From: Bdellovibrionota bacterium
GTDB lineage: Bacteria > Bdellovibrionota_C > UBA2361 > CALJRW01
NCBI GenBank assembly: GCA_041740355.1
Contig: JBGSMD010000039.1
Coordinates: forward strand, 39,223-103,222
DNA length: 64,000 nucleotides
Reading direction: 5' to 3'
Shown: one piece after another, positions 1-10,778 of the stretch
How positions within the stretch are numbered: the first letter of the stretch is position 1
Layout of the letters: every line of letters begins with the position of its first letter
Made by a program: the position numbers and the translations under genes
The notes under the pieces: model-generated
What the model was told of the DNA's origin: nothing
The model's database searches: none
The model's input: the letters and a program-made list of their open reading frames with translations, nothing else

Positions 1-156
1 AAATTCACTGTTATTTCCAAAAGCATTGATTCCCATTTTAGAGACATCAATCTTCTTGCGATCAACACCATCAATAACTTCTACTAAATCCTTAACCTCA
101 GAAGAATCACATGCTAAAAAAAAGAATAAGAATATTAATAAGAGTTTATTTTTCAT
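1..156 (-). CDS. putative lipoprotein, N-terminal part only (CDS runs off window start)
   Basis: Manual minus-strand translation from ATG at 156-154 gives MKNKLLLIFLFFFLACDSSEVKDLVEVIDG... It has a hydrophobic signal with an L-A-C lipobox and stays open to position 1. It is absent from the ORF track because there is no stop inside the window. Confidence 0.45.
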   Translation of the reverse strand, partial: MKNKLLLIFLFFFLACDSSEVKDLVEVIDGVDRKKIDVSKMGINAFGNNSEF

Positions 157-200
157 AGGCTACTAATCTATATAATTTATAATGTTCGGACAAGGTCTTA

Positions 201-1112
201 CTATACCAAGATGGATTGGAGTGGCTTGGCTTGAAATTCGTTAATTATGTCATTTAAAGTCTGATCCAATGGAATGCTTGGAGACCAAGCCAAATCAGTT
301 TTAACTTTTTGATTGTCACCCATCAAAATTGGAAGATCGTTTTTTCGATAAAGTGTTGGGTCAACCTCAATTTCTACTTTCAAGTCTAGAATATTAATTA
401 CCCTATTTAACAAATCGTTAATACTTATAACCTTGCTAGAGCAAAGATTATAAATACCAGCACCCGCAGTTAGTGCTAAACAATAAGCCTTAACAATATC
501 GCGTACATCGGTAAAATCACGCTCGGCTGATAAGTTTCCTACTTTTAAGATCGGTTCTTGTTGCTGATTTTTTATGGCTACTAACTGGCGAACGAAGTTG
601 GGTAAAACAAAGGAAGGATTTTGTCTGGGACCAATATGATTAAAGGAACGAAAGATGACTATCGGAACTTGGCTTTCTCGTTGGTATTTTAGAACTAACT
701 CTTCCGCCATGAACTTTGTAATTGCGTAATTATTATCTGGTCGAACAGGAGAAGTTTCAGTTAATGGCACATCTGCTGCACCTACAATACCATAAACATT
801 TGCGGTACTAATAAAAATAATTCGAGGAGCTTTAGCGAGAAGCTGGGCTGATTTAAGAATATTATATGTTCCTGTGACATTAACTGCTATAGCTTCTTCA
901 AAGCTCTCCTCACAGGTTGGAACGTGCGCTAATGCCGCAAGATGGTAAATTGCATCCGGATTAAAATTAGTAATTAAATGACTTACCGCGGAAAAATTCC
1001 GAATGTCACAAGTGTGGCAATCGAGAGAAAGAATCTGATGCCCAAGCGAAGTTAGTTCTTCAAAAAGATATGACCCAACAAATCCTGTTCCACCTGTAAT
1101 TAGAATTTTCAT
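201..1112 (-). CDS. NAD-dependent SDR epimerase/reductase, GDP-4-keto-6-deoxy-D-mannose reductase (Rmd)-like
   Basis: Rossmann motif GGTGFVGSYL and catalytic YAITK. It lies directly downstream of gmd in the same orientation. Rmd versus Fcl cannot be settled by eye. Confidence 0.6.
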   Translation of the reverse strand: MKILITGGTGFVGSYLFEELTSLGHQILSLDCHTCDIRNFSAVSHLITNFNPDAIYHLAALAHVPTCEESFEEAIAVNVTGTYNILKSAQLLAKAPRIIFISTANVYGIVGAADVPLTETSPVRPDNNYAITKFMAEELVLKYQRESQVPIVIFRSFNHIGPRQNPSFVLPNFVRQLVAIKNQQQEPILKVGNLSAERDFTDVRDIVKAYCLALTAGAGIYNLCSSKVISINDLLNRVINILDLKVEIEVDPTLYRKNDLPILMGDNQKVKTDLAWSPSIPLDQTLNDIINEFQAKPLQSILV

Positions 1113-1142
1113 ACTTAAATATCAACTCTTTCCAAGGGTGCA

Positions 1143-2114
<972 letters not shown>

Positions 2115-2251
2115 TCATCTTAATAAAATGTTGGCAAATGTTACCTCAAACTTGTAAAAAGTACAATTTAACTAATGCAATAATCAAAAGTTTTTGTTAA
2201 GTTTTAGCTATTATAAGCCTCTGGATTTAAGTTTCTCTAAATTCTAAGCAG

Positions 2252-3319
2252 TTAGAGTAAATCGGAACGATTCATTCTCTGTAACTCCATAACAATCTCT
2301 TTAACGCTTTGAGCATCTTGTTTTTTACAGACTAAAAGTGCTTCTTCGGTATCAACAATTATTAAATCATCAATACCATATAAGGCAACTAACTTTTTAC
2401 TATCTGATACCTTAATCATATTATTACTAGATTTAAGACAAACTGCCTGGCCTTGAATTGTATTGGCATTCACGTCAGGTGCGTGAAAATCTGCCCAAAC
2501 ATCCCAAGAGCCTATATCACTCCACCCCAAATTGTGTGCTTGAAAGAGTGTTAGTGATTTAGTTTTTTCAAGTATGCCATTATCGATGGAAATTGAAGGT
2601 ACTGCTTCAAAAAACTCACGAGTTATTTCAAATTCTTGATCAGTACCAATTGAATTTTGTAATCTTGGTATCCAGTTGCCAATTTCCGGTAGACACTCAT
2701 GAAAAGCCTTGATTAACTGGCTAACTTTCCAAATAAAAATTCCGGGATTCCAGAAAAAATTACCCGCTAGGACAAATTTCTTTGCAGTTTCTAAGTCTGG
2801 TTTCTCTAAGAATTGTCTAACTTTAAAACAGTCTTTGATAGTTTCGTCGGCTGCTTCAATATAACCATACCCAGTATTTGGAAATTCTGGAGGAACTGCC
2901 ACAAGGCCTAAAGTTTCGTTTTTTTCTATATAGTTAACAGCCAGATTAATTACTCTTTGGAACTCAGCTTCATTTTTGATAGCCGCATCAGACCAAGTTG
3001 TTAACATCAAAGCATTCGGATCGATCTTAGAAAGAATTGCGGCTGCTAATGCAATTGGTGCTGCCGTATTTTTTGCTATTGGCTCAGTAACTATCTTTGC
3101 TTTCGGCAAATGTTCGGCGCAAAGTTCGGCATGGTTGGCACTTGTCACAACTAGTATTTGTTCTTTAGTGACCAAGGCCATTCGTTCTGCTGTTGCTTGA
3201 ATTAAACTATGACTACCATCCCCAAATTTTAAAAATTGCTTTGGCAAATCTTTACGACTCATTGGCCAAAAACGTGTTCCGCTTCCTCCAGCAATTATTA
3301 CAGGATAAATCTTACTCAT
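2252..3319 (-). CDS. manC: mannose-1-phosphate guanylyltransferase (no PMI domain)
   Basis: IIAGGSGTRFWPMSR nucleotidyltransferase motif. At 355 aa it is too short for a bifunctional PMI-GMP enzyme. Confidence 0.85.
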   Translation of the reverse strand: MSKIYPVIIAGGSGTRFWPMSRKDLPKQFLKFGDGSHSLIQATAERMALVTKEQILVVTSANHAELCAEHLPKAKIVTEPIAKNTAAPIALAAAILSKIDPNALMLTTWSDAAIKNEAEFQRVINLAVNYIEKNETLGLVAVPPEFPNTGYGYIEAADETIKDCFKVRQFLEKPDLETAKKFVLAGNFFWNPGIFIWKVSQLIKAFHECLPEIGNWIPRLQNSIGTDQEFEITREFFEAVPSISIDNGILEKTKSLTLFQAHNLGWSDIGSWDVWADFHAPDVNANTIQGQAVCLKSSNNMIKVSDSKKLVALYGIDDLIIVDTEEALLVCKKQDAQSVKEIVMELQRMNRSDLL

Positions 3320-3320
3320 T

Positions 3321-4196
3321 TTATTGTTGAAAATTGATTTGTTTTAAATGTGAAAGCAGACCATCTCTCCAAGTAATTGGTGGGTATCCTAAAATATCAG
3401 CCAATTTAGTACTATCTAAAGCAGAAAATTCTGGTCGCTTTGCTGGACGATTAAAATTAGCCGCAGAAACTGGGTTAAGTTTAAAATCTTTTTTTATCCG
3501 TGGATTGTGTTCTTTGGATAATTCAAGGATTGCTTCAGCAAAATCATACCAAGTAAGCGCCCCCTCGCCTGCTGCATGAATAATCCCACTAGCTCTAATC
3601 CTTGTTAAATCAAGAACCATTTCTGCTAACCAACCAGCCCAAGTTACGGTCATAAATTGATCGTTAACGATATCTAATGAATTCTTCTCTTGAAAGAGTC
3701 GCAACATGGTATGCACAAAATTATTTCCTCTTTGTCCATGTAAAGATGAAGTTCTAATAATTAAAGCCTTATCACCTAAAATCTCCAAGGCAACTTTTTC
3801 GCCAGCTAGTTTTGATTTGCCATAAACATTTAGAGGATTTGTATCATCTGTTTCTTGATAAGCTGAACCTTTTTTGCCATCAAAAACATAGTCCGTAGAA
3901 ATTGAAACTAAATAAGAATTATTTCTAGCCACTGCCGTAGCAATATTCTTAACTCCTAATTCGTTAATCTCAAATGCTCTTTGTGGTTCGGTTTCGGCGA
4001 GATCCACTGCTGTATAAGCCGCACAATTGATCACAACATCTGGTGTAAACTTTTCTACTAAGAAATCGACTTGCTCGGCAAGTGTAACATCGACCTCAGA
4101 TGTTACTGGAGAAATAATTTTAAAATTTAAATCTTTACAGCGCGAGATGATTTCGTAACCTAACTGGCCTGAACCTCCGAAAAGTAATAATTTCAT
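3321..4196 (-). CDS. rfbD: dTDP-4-dehydrorhamnose reductase
   Basis: 291-aa RmlD-type SDR (GGSGQLG, YGKSKLAGE). 4-nt overlap with rfbB. Confidence 0.8.
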   Translation of the reverse strand: MKLLLFGGSGQLGYEIISRCKDLNFKIISPVTSEVDVTLAEQVDFLVEKFTPDVVINCAAYTAVDLAETEPQRAFEINELGVKNIATAVARNNSYLVSISTDYVFDGKKGSAYQETDDTNPLNVYGKSKLAGEKVALEILGDKALIIRTSSLHGQRGNNFVHTMLRLFQEKNSLDIVNDQFMTVTWAGWLAEMVLDLTRIRASGIIHAAGEGALTWYDFAEAILELSKEHNPRIKKDFKLNPVSAANFNRPAKRPEFSALDSTKLADILGYPPITWRDGLLSHLKQINFQQ

Positions 4197-5215
4197 AGAG
4201 ATTTACCATAATGCTTTTGATAAAAATCTAGGTATTCCCCAGACTTAATTTTAGTCCACCAATCTTGGTTCTCTAGATACCAGTTAACTGTTAATTCTAG
4301 GCCCTTTGGAAAATCAACTTTGGGTGTCCAACCGAGATCATTAGAAATCTTGCTTATATCAACGCAATAACGACGATCATGTGCCAAACGATCTTCGACC
4401 CGCTTTATTAGAGATATCGGCTTATTTAAAACTCTCAAGATTTCTGTTGTTACCGTTAAATTCGCTAACTCCGATTCTTCTGGGCCGCCAATATTATAAA
4501 CTTCTCCAGTTATACCTTTTTCAGCGACTAAAATTAATGCTTCACAATGATCTTTGACATACACCCAATGACGAATTTGTTGGCCATCGCCATATACTGG
4601 TAAAGCTTTATCCTCTAAGGCATTAGTAATAAAAAGTGGAATTAATTTCTCCGGAAATTGATACGGACCATAGTTGTTGGTACATCTTGTTACTAGGGCA
4701 TCAAATCCATGAGTTTTAGCCGCAGCTAAAACTAATAAGTCGGAGGAGGCTTTAGATGCTGCGTAAGGACTTGTTGGATCTAGTGGAGTAGTTTCATGGA
4801 ACTTACCAGTTGCTCCTAATGCACCATAAACTTCATCCGTAGAGATATGAATAAATCTTTTAACCTTAGAATGTCTAGCCGCATCTAGTAAGTTTTGTGT
4901 TCCAAGCACATTGGTTGTAACAAATTCTGCAGCACTATGAATAGAACGATCCACATGAGATTCAGCTGCTAAATGAAAAAGATACTCAATTGAATTCTTA
5001 TTAAAAAATTCGCTTACAACCTTAGGATCAGCAATATCAATTTTGTGAAAGGTAATTCTATCGTCCCTAAGTAAAGGAGCGATATTCTCCATATTTCCTG
5101 CATACGTTAAGGAATCAAGCAGATAAATCCTCGCAGTTGGATAACGTTCACTTACTAAATAAGCTAAGTTACTTCCAATAAAGCCTGCTGCTCCCGTTAT
5201 AACAATATTATTCAT
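4193..5215 (-). CDS. rfbB: dTDP-glucose 4,6-dehydratase
   Basis: 340 aa with GAAGFIGSN, YAASKASSD and typical RmlB length and layout. Confidence 0.9.
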   Translation of the reverse strand: MNNIVITGAAGFIGSNLAYLVSERYPTARIYLLDSLTYAGNMENIAPLLRDDRITFHKIDIADPKVVSEFFNKNSIEYLFHLAAESHVDRSIHSAAEFVTTNVLGTQNLLDAARHSKVKRFIHISTDEVYGALGATGKFHETTPLDPTSPYAASKASSDLLVLAAAKTHGFDALVTRCTNNYGPYQFPEKLIPLFITNALEDKALPVYGDGQQIRHWVYVKDHCEALILVAEKGITGEVYNIGGPEESELANLTVTTEILRVLNKPISLIKRVEDRLAHDRRYCVDISKISNDLGWTPKVDFPKGLELTVNWYLENQDWWTKIKSGEYLDFYQKHYGKSL

Positions 5216-5303
5216 TTTAATTAATTAAATTTTAACTTAGATAATTTGTGGATAATTTATAGTTTTTTAATATTGAATGCAATCCATGCTAATGCACTTT
5301 CTA

Positions 5304-7862
5304 CTAATTACTTGCCGCATTTGGATCCTGTAATAGTGAAAAACCTTGATTTAAAGCCCCTAAGCCTTTTAAGGTAATTGTTGCGATGAAATCTTTTGAA
5401 TTTGGATTAATCCTTTCTCTAAATCCTAAATCTAAATCCCAGCAATTACACTCACTACTAATTCTCAAGGCAAACTGATTATCAATAAAATCATTTTTAC
5501 TTTCATTATATCTGGCGTAATAACCTAGACGAAGCCTTTCATTAATCAGAATTTCGATATTTCCCTCTAGCTGACTGGTGTTACCTTCTGATTCGCTAGT
5601 TTCCTCTTCTAAATACGAATAACGTAATCGTAAACTATCACCCCGATCATCATAGAAATGTGTTCGAGTTCCCCAAGAGGAAAAATCTTGTTCCTCGGTG
5701 TTGAAGTTGGAATCAAACATCAGAGCTAAATAATTACTTGGATATAAACCAAAAGTATTTCCTAAATCTGACCAGGGAGAAGCCGCAGCCTCGGGATCGT
5801 CGACAGCTATGTCTCGGTCTGCATCACCTAAATAATTATATGTTTGATACAGGGACAGGCTTGCTAACTCGCGGATCGCAGCTCGATTTAAAACAGGCTT
5901 TGGTAAAATTTCACGGGAAGATCCCGAAACCCCAGGATATGAAAGTGTTTCAAGTGAGCTAACGGCAGGTACACTTCCGATTTCTGGAGCAAGTTCAGGA
6001 ATTGAATCAGCAACTGTGTTAATTGGTTCAAATTTACCATAAATACTACTTCGGGCTTGCATTCCAACTAATTGTCTTTCCCTAATTCGGTCGACCGAAT
6101 CAAATAATGGTAAACTATTTTGATCTTCATCTGGAACATAGGTAAAAGTAAGTCGTGGTTCTATCGTCTGCTTTATTCTTGTTAGACGTGTAGTTTGATG
6201 TGTACGACCAATTGATGTTAGCCAAGTAAGAGGTGAAGACTTACCAATATCAGAGACTCGCTCAACTTCCGTTCCAACGTTTGCGGATAATGTATAAACA
6301 TTTCGAGTATCTTCACTAACAATACTTTGAGGATCTGCGGGATCAAGATTGTTGTCTAAACTATAACTAGTTGAGTTATAGCTGCTACGCAAATCCCCAT
6401 TAAGAAAGTTCTTATAGTGATAAGGGATTTTTAACGATGGATTCAGATCAACACGCTGACCCTCATAACCAGTATTTCGTGTGAAATTGACTGCTTGGAT
6501 ATTATTTGCAGCCACTAATTTAAGACCTAATAAATTCTGCCCCAAAGGGCTCATAACTTTTTGCGATCTTAGATTTACTTCAGGTGCTCTTTGAAAAATT
6601 AGATCCTGATCTGTCTGGAAGGCCTGGTTGTATTCACCTGATAATTCAGCTGATAATAATGGATCGATATTCGCTCGCACCACAGATCGGCTTGTTGTAA
6701 AACGAGAATTATACAGACCTAACTGCGGATCATCAAATTCCCGAAGAAATAAACTATCACTTACCAAATGAATATTAGAATTCCAAGTTACAGGTGTTTC
6801 ACTCTGGGTTGGATTACGCCATTGATGGGTCAAGAATCCTGCCATTCTTTGATCGTCAAATGTTTTATCAAATAAGTCATCCGTATTTGTTCCCCGATTT
6901 TCTCCATCTCGAATCGATTCATCGGAGAAGTAAAAGCGACTGGCTAATTTACTACGAGTAGAAAACTCTTCATTGTAGTCAACGGCAACTCCATTACGAG
7001 TGCGACTTTCGGTAAAAGGGCGGATAATCAAATCTGTACTATCATCAACATCATAGAAATATGGGATCGTAAACATTGTTCCGTTTACGTTACTATAACC
7101 AAAACGAGGAACTAAAAGACCAGATTGTCGCTCACGCTTAAAAGGAAAAATAACTTTTGGTAAATAAAGTGCCGTTTTTTGGTTAATCTTGAATCTGAAA
7201 TCATTAGCTTTTCCATATCCCTCTTCTCTTACCTTTAAATCAGAACATGTAATTGACCAAGGCTGACTTCCATCTGCGCATTGACATGGGGATAGCTCAG
7301 GTTGCTTGAAGTAATAATCAAACTCAGACACTTTACTGACCTGTTCTGCTTTAATGTTAAAATCACTCTCTTCGGCAATTAATGTCGCATTTTTAAATGT
7401 GCCAGTTTCAGTCTCAAGATCGACTTCGGCAGAATCAGAGGCAATCGAGCCAGTCGGCCAGCCAAAAAAAACATTTCCTTTAACCTTGGCTTTTTGCTCT
7501 TCCATATCATATTGCCCCTGATCGGCTTGGATTTGCACATCTCCTCGACTTAATACTAAACCATTTTCTAATTTAATTTTATTTTGACCAGGTTGGTATT
7601 TTAAATCTGTGGAAGAAATTTGTAAGTCATTGTTAGCAGGTTGATCACTTTTTAGAATGGATTCTTTTCTTTTAGTTTTAATTCTTTGGTAGTTAGCAGT
7701 ATCTTGTAAGAATAAACCATCAGGGTTTGGGGAATCTACTTGAGCAAAAGAATCTATTGCCGAAAATAAAAGACTACTAAATAAAACTAATATAAAACTA
7801 GTATAGAAAGTATCGCTCTTCTTTTTGGGAGATTTGTTTATTGAAGTTACGATATAATTCAC
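5304..7862 (-). CDS. lptD: LPS-assembly outer membrane protein LptD
   Basis: 852 aa. N-terminal signal/TM segment, OstA-like N-domain, then a long beta-rich barrel region. GTG start (cac at 7860-7862). Confidence 0.8.
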   Translation of the reverse strand: MNYIVTSINKSPKKKSDTFYTSFILVLFSSLLFSAIDSFAQVDSPNPDGLFLQDTANYQRIKTKRKESILKSDQPANNDLQISSTDLKYQPGQNKIKLENGLVLSRGDVQIQADQGQYDMEEQKAKVKGNVFFGWPTGSIASDSAEVDLETETGTFKNATLIAEESDFNIKAEQVSKVSEFDYYFKQPELSPCQCADGSQPWSITCSDLKVREEGYGKANDFRFKINQKTALYLPKVIFPFKRERQSGLLVPRFGYSNVNGTMFTIPYFYDVDDSTDLIIRPFTESRTRNGVAVDYNEEFSTRSKLASRFYFSDESIRDGENRGTNTDDLFDKTFDDQRMAGFLTHQWRNPTQSETPVTWNSNIHLVSDSLFLREFDDPQLGLYNSRFTTSRSVVRANIDPLLSAELSGEYNQAFQTDQDLIFQRAPEVNLRSQKVMSPLGQNLLGLKLVAANNIQAVNFTRNTGYEGQRVDLNPSLKIPYHYKNFLNGDLRSSYNSTSYSLDNNLDPADPQSIVSEDTRNVYTLSANVGTEVERVSDIGKSSPLTWLTSIGRTHQTTRLTRIKQTIEPRLTFTYVPDEDQNSLPLFDSVDRIRERQLVGMQARSSIYGKFEPINTVADSIPELAPEIGSVPAVSSLETLSYPGVSGSSREILPKPVLNRAAIRELASLSLYQTYNYLGDADRDIAVDDPEAAASPWSDLGNTFGLYPSNYLALMFDSNFNTEEQDFSSWGTRTHFYDDRGDSLRLRYSYLEEETSESEGNTSQLEGNIEILINERLRLGYYARYNESKNDFIDNQFALRISSECNCWDLDLGFRERINPNSKDFIATITLKGLGALNQGFSLLQDPNAASN

Positions 7863-7890
7863 TTATTTAATTTTAAGGATTACAATTAAT

Positions 7891-7917
7891 TTAAGTAAAA
7901 GCTTAGCTTTTACTTAA
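7891..7917 (-). terminator. perfect 13-bp-stem palindrome between accD and lptD
   Basis: The sequence ttaagtaaaagc tt agcttttacttaa was read directly. It lies 38 nt downstream of the accD stop on the minus strand and is followed by an AT-rich tract. Confidence 0.5.
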
Positions 7918-7919
7918 AT

Positions 7920-7957
7920 CCTCCGCATATTAAATTTGCAGAGGGTGAGTATAATCA
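7920..7957. repeat. about 38-bp hairpin module, second copy at 34244-34281
   Basis: cctccgcatattaaatttgcagagggtgagtataatc versus (c)cctccgcaaataaaatttgtggagggcgagcgtaatc, aligned by eye. Confidence 0.6.
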
Positions 7958-8809
7958 GTTACCAAATCCGAAATTTGTCAAGATTAAGGCAATCTCTTCC
8001 CTTAACTTCGCTCTAGTAACAATACGATCAATCATACCATGTTCCAACAAAAATTCTGAACGTTGAAAACCTTCCGGTAATTTTTGTCTAATAGTTTGTT
8101 CGATCACTCGTGGTCCCGCAAATCCGATTAAAGCTTTTGGCTCCGCGAGAATTACATCGCCTAGCATAGCAAATGATGCAGCAACACCGCCAGTGGTTGG
8201 ATCAGTTAATAATGAAATATATGGGACTCTAACTTGACCCAAACGAGCAAGAGCAGCACTAACTTTAGCCATCTGCATTAATGAAAAAATTCCTTCTTGC
8301 ATTCTAGCACCACCAGATGCTGAAATAATAATTACAGGACGCTTTTCTTCAATTCCCAGCTCGACCAGTCTCGTTAGTTTCTCTCCAACAACTGAACCCA
8401 TGCTGCCACCCATGTAACTGAACTCGAAAACTCCCAACATTACTGGTACATTAAGAATCCTAGCACGACCAGTGATTACAGCTTCATTAGAACCACTACT
8501 CTTTTCTGCAGCTTTAATTCTTTCTTTGTATTTTTTGGAATCTTTAAAACTTAAGGGATCGCTTGACTTGAGATTGCGGTCTAACTCCACAAAGGAGTGC
8601 CGATCAACCAATAATGGAATTCTTTCGCTTGATTTTAGGCGAAAATGATAACTACAGTGACTGCAAACCCCAAAGCTACGTCGAAGATCACGAGTGTATA
8701 ATACTGCCTGACAAGATGGACATTTTGACCAAATATCATCAGGAATCTCTAACTTTTCATTTTGCTCCAGAACAGGTCTTGGAGCTTTGCTTCTTGTAAA
8801 CCAACTCAT
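7955..8809 (-). CDS. accD: acetyl-CoA carboxylase carboxyltransferase beta subunit
   Basis: Zn-ribbon CPSC...CSHC plus the carboxyltransferase core. The ORF-track start (GTG at 8947) is an extension through hairpin repeats. The conserved MSWFTRSK start is the ATG at 8809. Confidence 0.9.
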   Translation of the reverse strand: MSWFTRSKAPRPVLEQNEKLEIPDDIWSKCPSCQAVLYTRDLRRSFGVCSHCSYHFRLKSSERIPLLVDRHSFVELDRNLKSSDPLSFKDSKKYKERIKAAEKSSGSNEAVITGRARILNVPVMLGVFEFSYMGGSMGSVVGEKLTRLVELGIEEKRPVIIISASGGARMQEGIFSLMQMAKVSAALARLGQVRVPYISLLTDPTTGGVAASFAMLGDVILAEPKALIGFAGPRVIEQTIRQKLPEGFQRSEFLLEHGMIDRIVTRAKLREEIALILTNFGFGN

Positions 8810-8847
8810 AGTTGCGCTAACATATCGCTTAACAAAAAATGTGTAAA

Positions 8848-8938
8848 GTGACACTGAATTTTGAAAAAATTCAGTGTCACCACGCCGTAGCCGAAAGGCG
8901 TAGGCGGGTTCATCACGCCGAAGTATTAGCGAAGGCGG
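8848..8938. repeat. hairpin cluster: 15-bp perfect stem plus two tandem GC-rich units
   Basis: gtgacactgaatttt gaa aaaattcagtgtcac, followed by cacgccgtagccgaaaggcgtaggcgg and cacgccgaagtattagcgaaggcgg. Related units occur at 32503-32532 and 34378-34403. Confidence 0.6.
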
Positions 8939-8978
8939 TTCCTTCACTAAATTTAGATTTTATCTATTCTGCACCACA

Positions 8979-9737
8979 ATGAATATTTGGCAATTAAATC
9001 AGGCAATTAGTAACTTCCTTGAAACCTCAGAATATCCGGATGATTCTGTAAATGGATTACAAGTCGAAAGTAAAAATACCTCAATCAAAAAAATTGCCTT
9101 AGCGGTGGATTCTGGTCTTTCTATTATCCAAGAAGCAGTTGATAGAAAAGCAGATCTTCTAATAGTACATCATGGACTTTTCTGGGGGCAGTCCAGCTCG
9201 ATTACAGGTTTATTAGCAAAAAAAATTGATACTCTGCTAGCTAATTCCTGTTCATTAATTGCTCAACACCTTCCTCTTGATGGAAATCCATTTGTTGGAA
9301 ATAACTATGAACTTGCTCGACTTTTTGAACTTGAAGAAATCATAGGCTTTGGTCCTCTCTCTGGAAATAAATACTATGGCTGTGCTGGTAAATTTTTTGA
9401 ACCGAAGAAAATTGAACATTTCCTCAGTAAAGCTAATCAACTAGTTGGTTTTGACTACAAATTATCACTTCCCTTTGGCAAATCTGAAATCTTTACTTGT
9501 GCGATAGTTAGTGGCAGTGGAAGTTTTGCTATGGAACAATGTTATCATAAATATGATTTATTTATCTCTGGGGAACCAAAGCAGTCTGTTTTTCATGATT
9601 CCAAGGATAATCAGCAAAATGCCTTGTTTTTGGGACACTATGCCACAGAAACTATTGGAATTAAGGCCCTTGGTAAATGGATTAATGATAATTATCAGAT
9701 TGAAACTTTCTTTATTGATCAGCCAACACATATCTAG
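8979..9737 (+). CDS. Nif3-like dinuclear metal centre protein (GTP cyclohydrolase 1 type 2 homologue family)
   Basis: 252 aa. DSVNGLQVE and LLIVHHGLFW motifs typical of NIF3/YbgI. Confidence 0.8.
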   Translation: MNIWQLNQAISNFLETSEYPDDSVNGLQVESKNTSIKKIALAVDSGLSIIQEAVDRKADLLIVHHGLFWGQSSSITGLLAKKIDTLLANSCSLIAQHLPLDGNPFVGNNYELARLFELEEIIGFGPLSGNKYYGCAGKFFEPKKIEHFLSKANQLVGFDYKLSLPFGKSEIFTCAIVSGSGSFAMEQCYHKYDLFISGEPKQSVFHDSKDNQQNALFLGHYATETIGIKALGKWINDNYQIETFFIDQPTHI

Positions 9738-9742
9738 TTGCG

Positions 9743-10774
9743 ATGAAAGAAATCAAAATATCAGCACCAGGAAAAATACATTTAATTGGTGAACACTCGG
9801 TTGTTTATGGTGAACCTGCTATTATTACTACTGTAAATCTCCATACCAATCTAATTTTTGAAGAATCTGAAAATATAAAAATTCAAATCAGTGAACAAAA
9901 ATTTCAATATATTCAGGAAGAACTTGTGATCCTTGCGGATCAGGCAATGGAACTCTGGCATTTAGGCAAAGAAACAAATAATTTTAATAATCTATTTAAT
10001 TTATACAACAACAATCCACTTAATTTTTTAAAGATTGCCTTAGGTAACCTAATTAATAAATTTAAGGTCACAAAAGGCTTTCAGATTAAAGAAACTTCGA
10101 ATCTTCCCCTAGGATCGGGTCTAGGTTCTTCCGCCTCATTTGCCGTAGCTTTAGCTGCTGGTTTCGAGAAGTTTTTTACAGATACTTTTAATTTAGAAAC
10201 AATTAATCAAAATGCTTTTAGTCTAGAACAAATAGCAAATGGTAATCCCTCAGGAGGTGATAATGCTTGCTGTTGCTTTGGAGGATTAATTAATTTCCAA
10301 AAACAGCCTGACTCCGAACAAGCAATAATTAAGCCCTTAAAAATAAATTTATCGCAAGAAAGTAATAAATTTATTTTAATTAATACCGGAAAACCAGAAA
10401 AAACTACTGGAGAATTAGTGCAACAAGTTTCTTTATTAGATCCATTTTTTAGGAAGGAACGTTGTCAGTTAATCACCTCGTATATTTCACCCCTGCTTCT
10501 AGCACTAGAAAACAACGATCCTGATTCGATCTCTTTATGCCTTAATAATACCCATTCACAACTAAGCGAATTAGGTGTTTCAACATCGTTGCTAAACAAG
10601 CTGCAATCAGAAATTAAAAAGATTGGAGGGGGAGCAAAGCTTTGTGGTGCAGGTGGTGGTGGAATTCTTTTAGCATATCATCAAAATCCCGAAGAATTAA
10701 TTACTATCGCTAACAAGAATAAACTAAAGTATTACCAAGTCATGCTGGCGACTGAAGGAGTTTGTTTTTCATAA
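9743..10774 (+). CDS. mvk: mevalonate kinase (GHMP kinase)
   Basis: [24 protein letters not shown] motif [11 protein letters not shown], and KLCGAGGGG near the C-terminus. Confidence 0.8.
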   Translation: MKEIKISAPGKIHLIGEHSVVYGEPAIITTVNLHTNLIFEESENIKIQISEQKFQYIQEELVILADQAMELWHLGKETNNFNNLFNLYNNNPLNFLKIALGNLINKFKVTKGFQIKETSNLPLGSGLGSSASFAVALAAGFEKFFTDTFNLETINQNAFSLEQIANGNPSGGDNACCCFGGLINFQKQPDSEQAIIKPLKINLSQESNKFILINTGKPEKTTGELVQQVSLLDPFFRKERCQLITSYISPLLLALENNDPDSISLCLNNTHSQLSELGVSTSLLNKLQSEIKKIGGGAKLCGAGGGGILLAYHQNPEELITIANKNKLKYYQVMLATEGVCFS

Positions 10775-10778
10775 TTCT

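Noticed and set aside
8810-8947. N-terminal extension of accD in the ORF track (MKEPPSLILRRDEPAYAF...).
   Set aside because: It starts at GTG, runs through the GC-rich hairpin repeats, and precedes the conserved MSWF... AccD N-terminus. Similar alternative-start extensions were trimmed for ugd (20129), dus (46501), feoA (48118), aroK (56841), aroB-aroA (59222), the Cys-rich lipoprotein (46929) and the DUF3108-like gene (31786).
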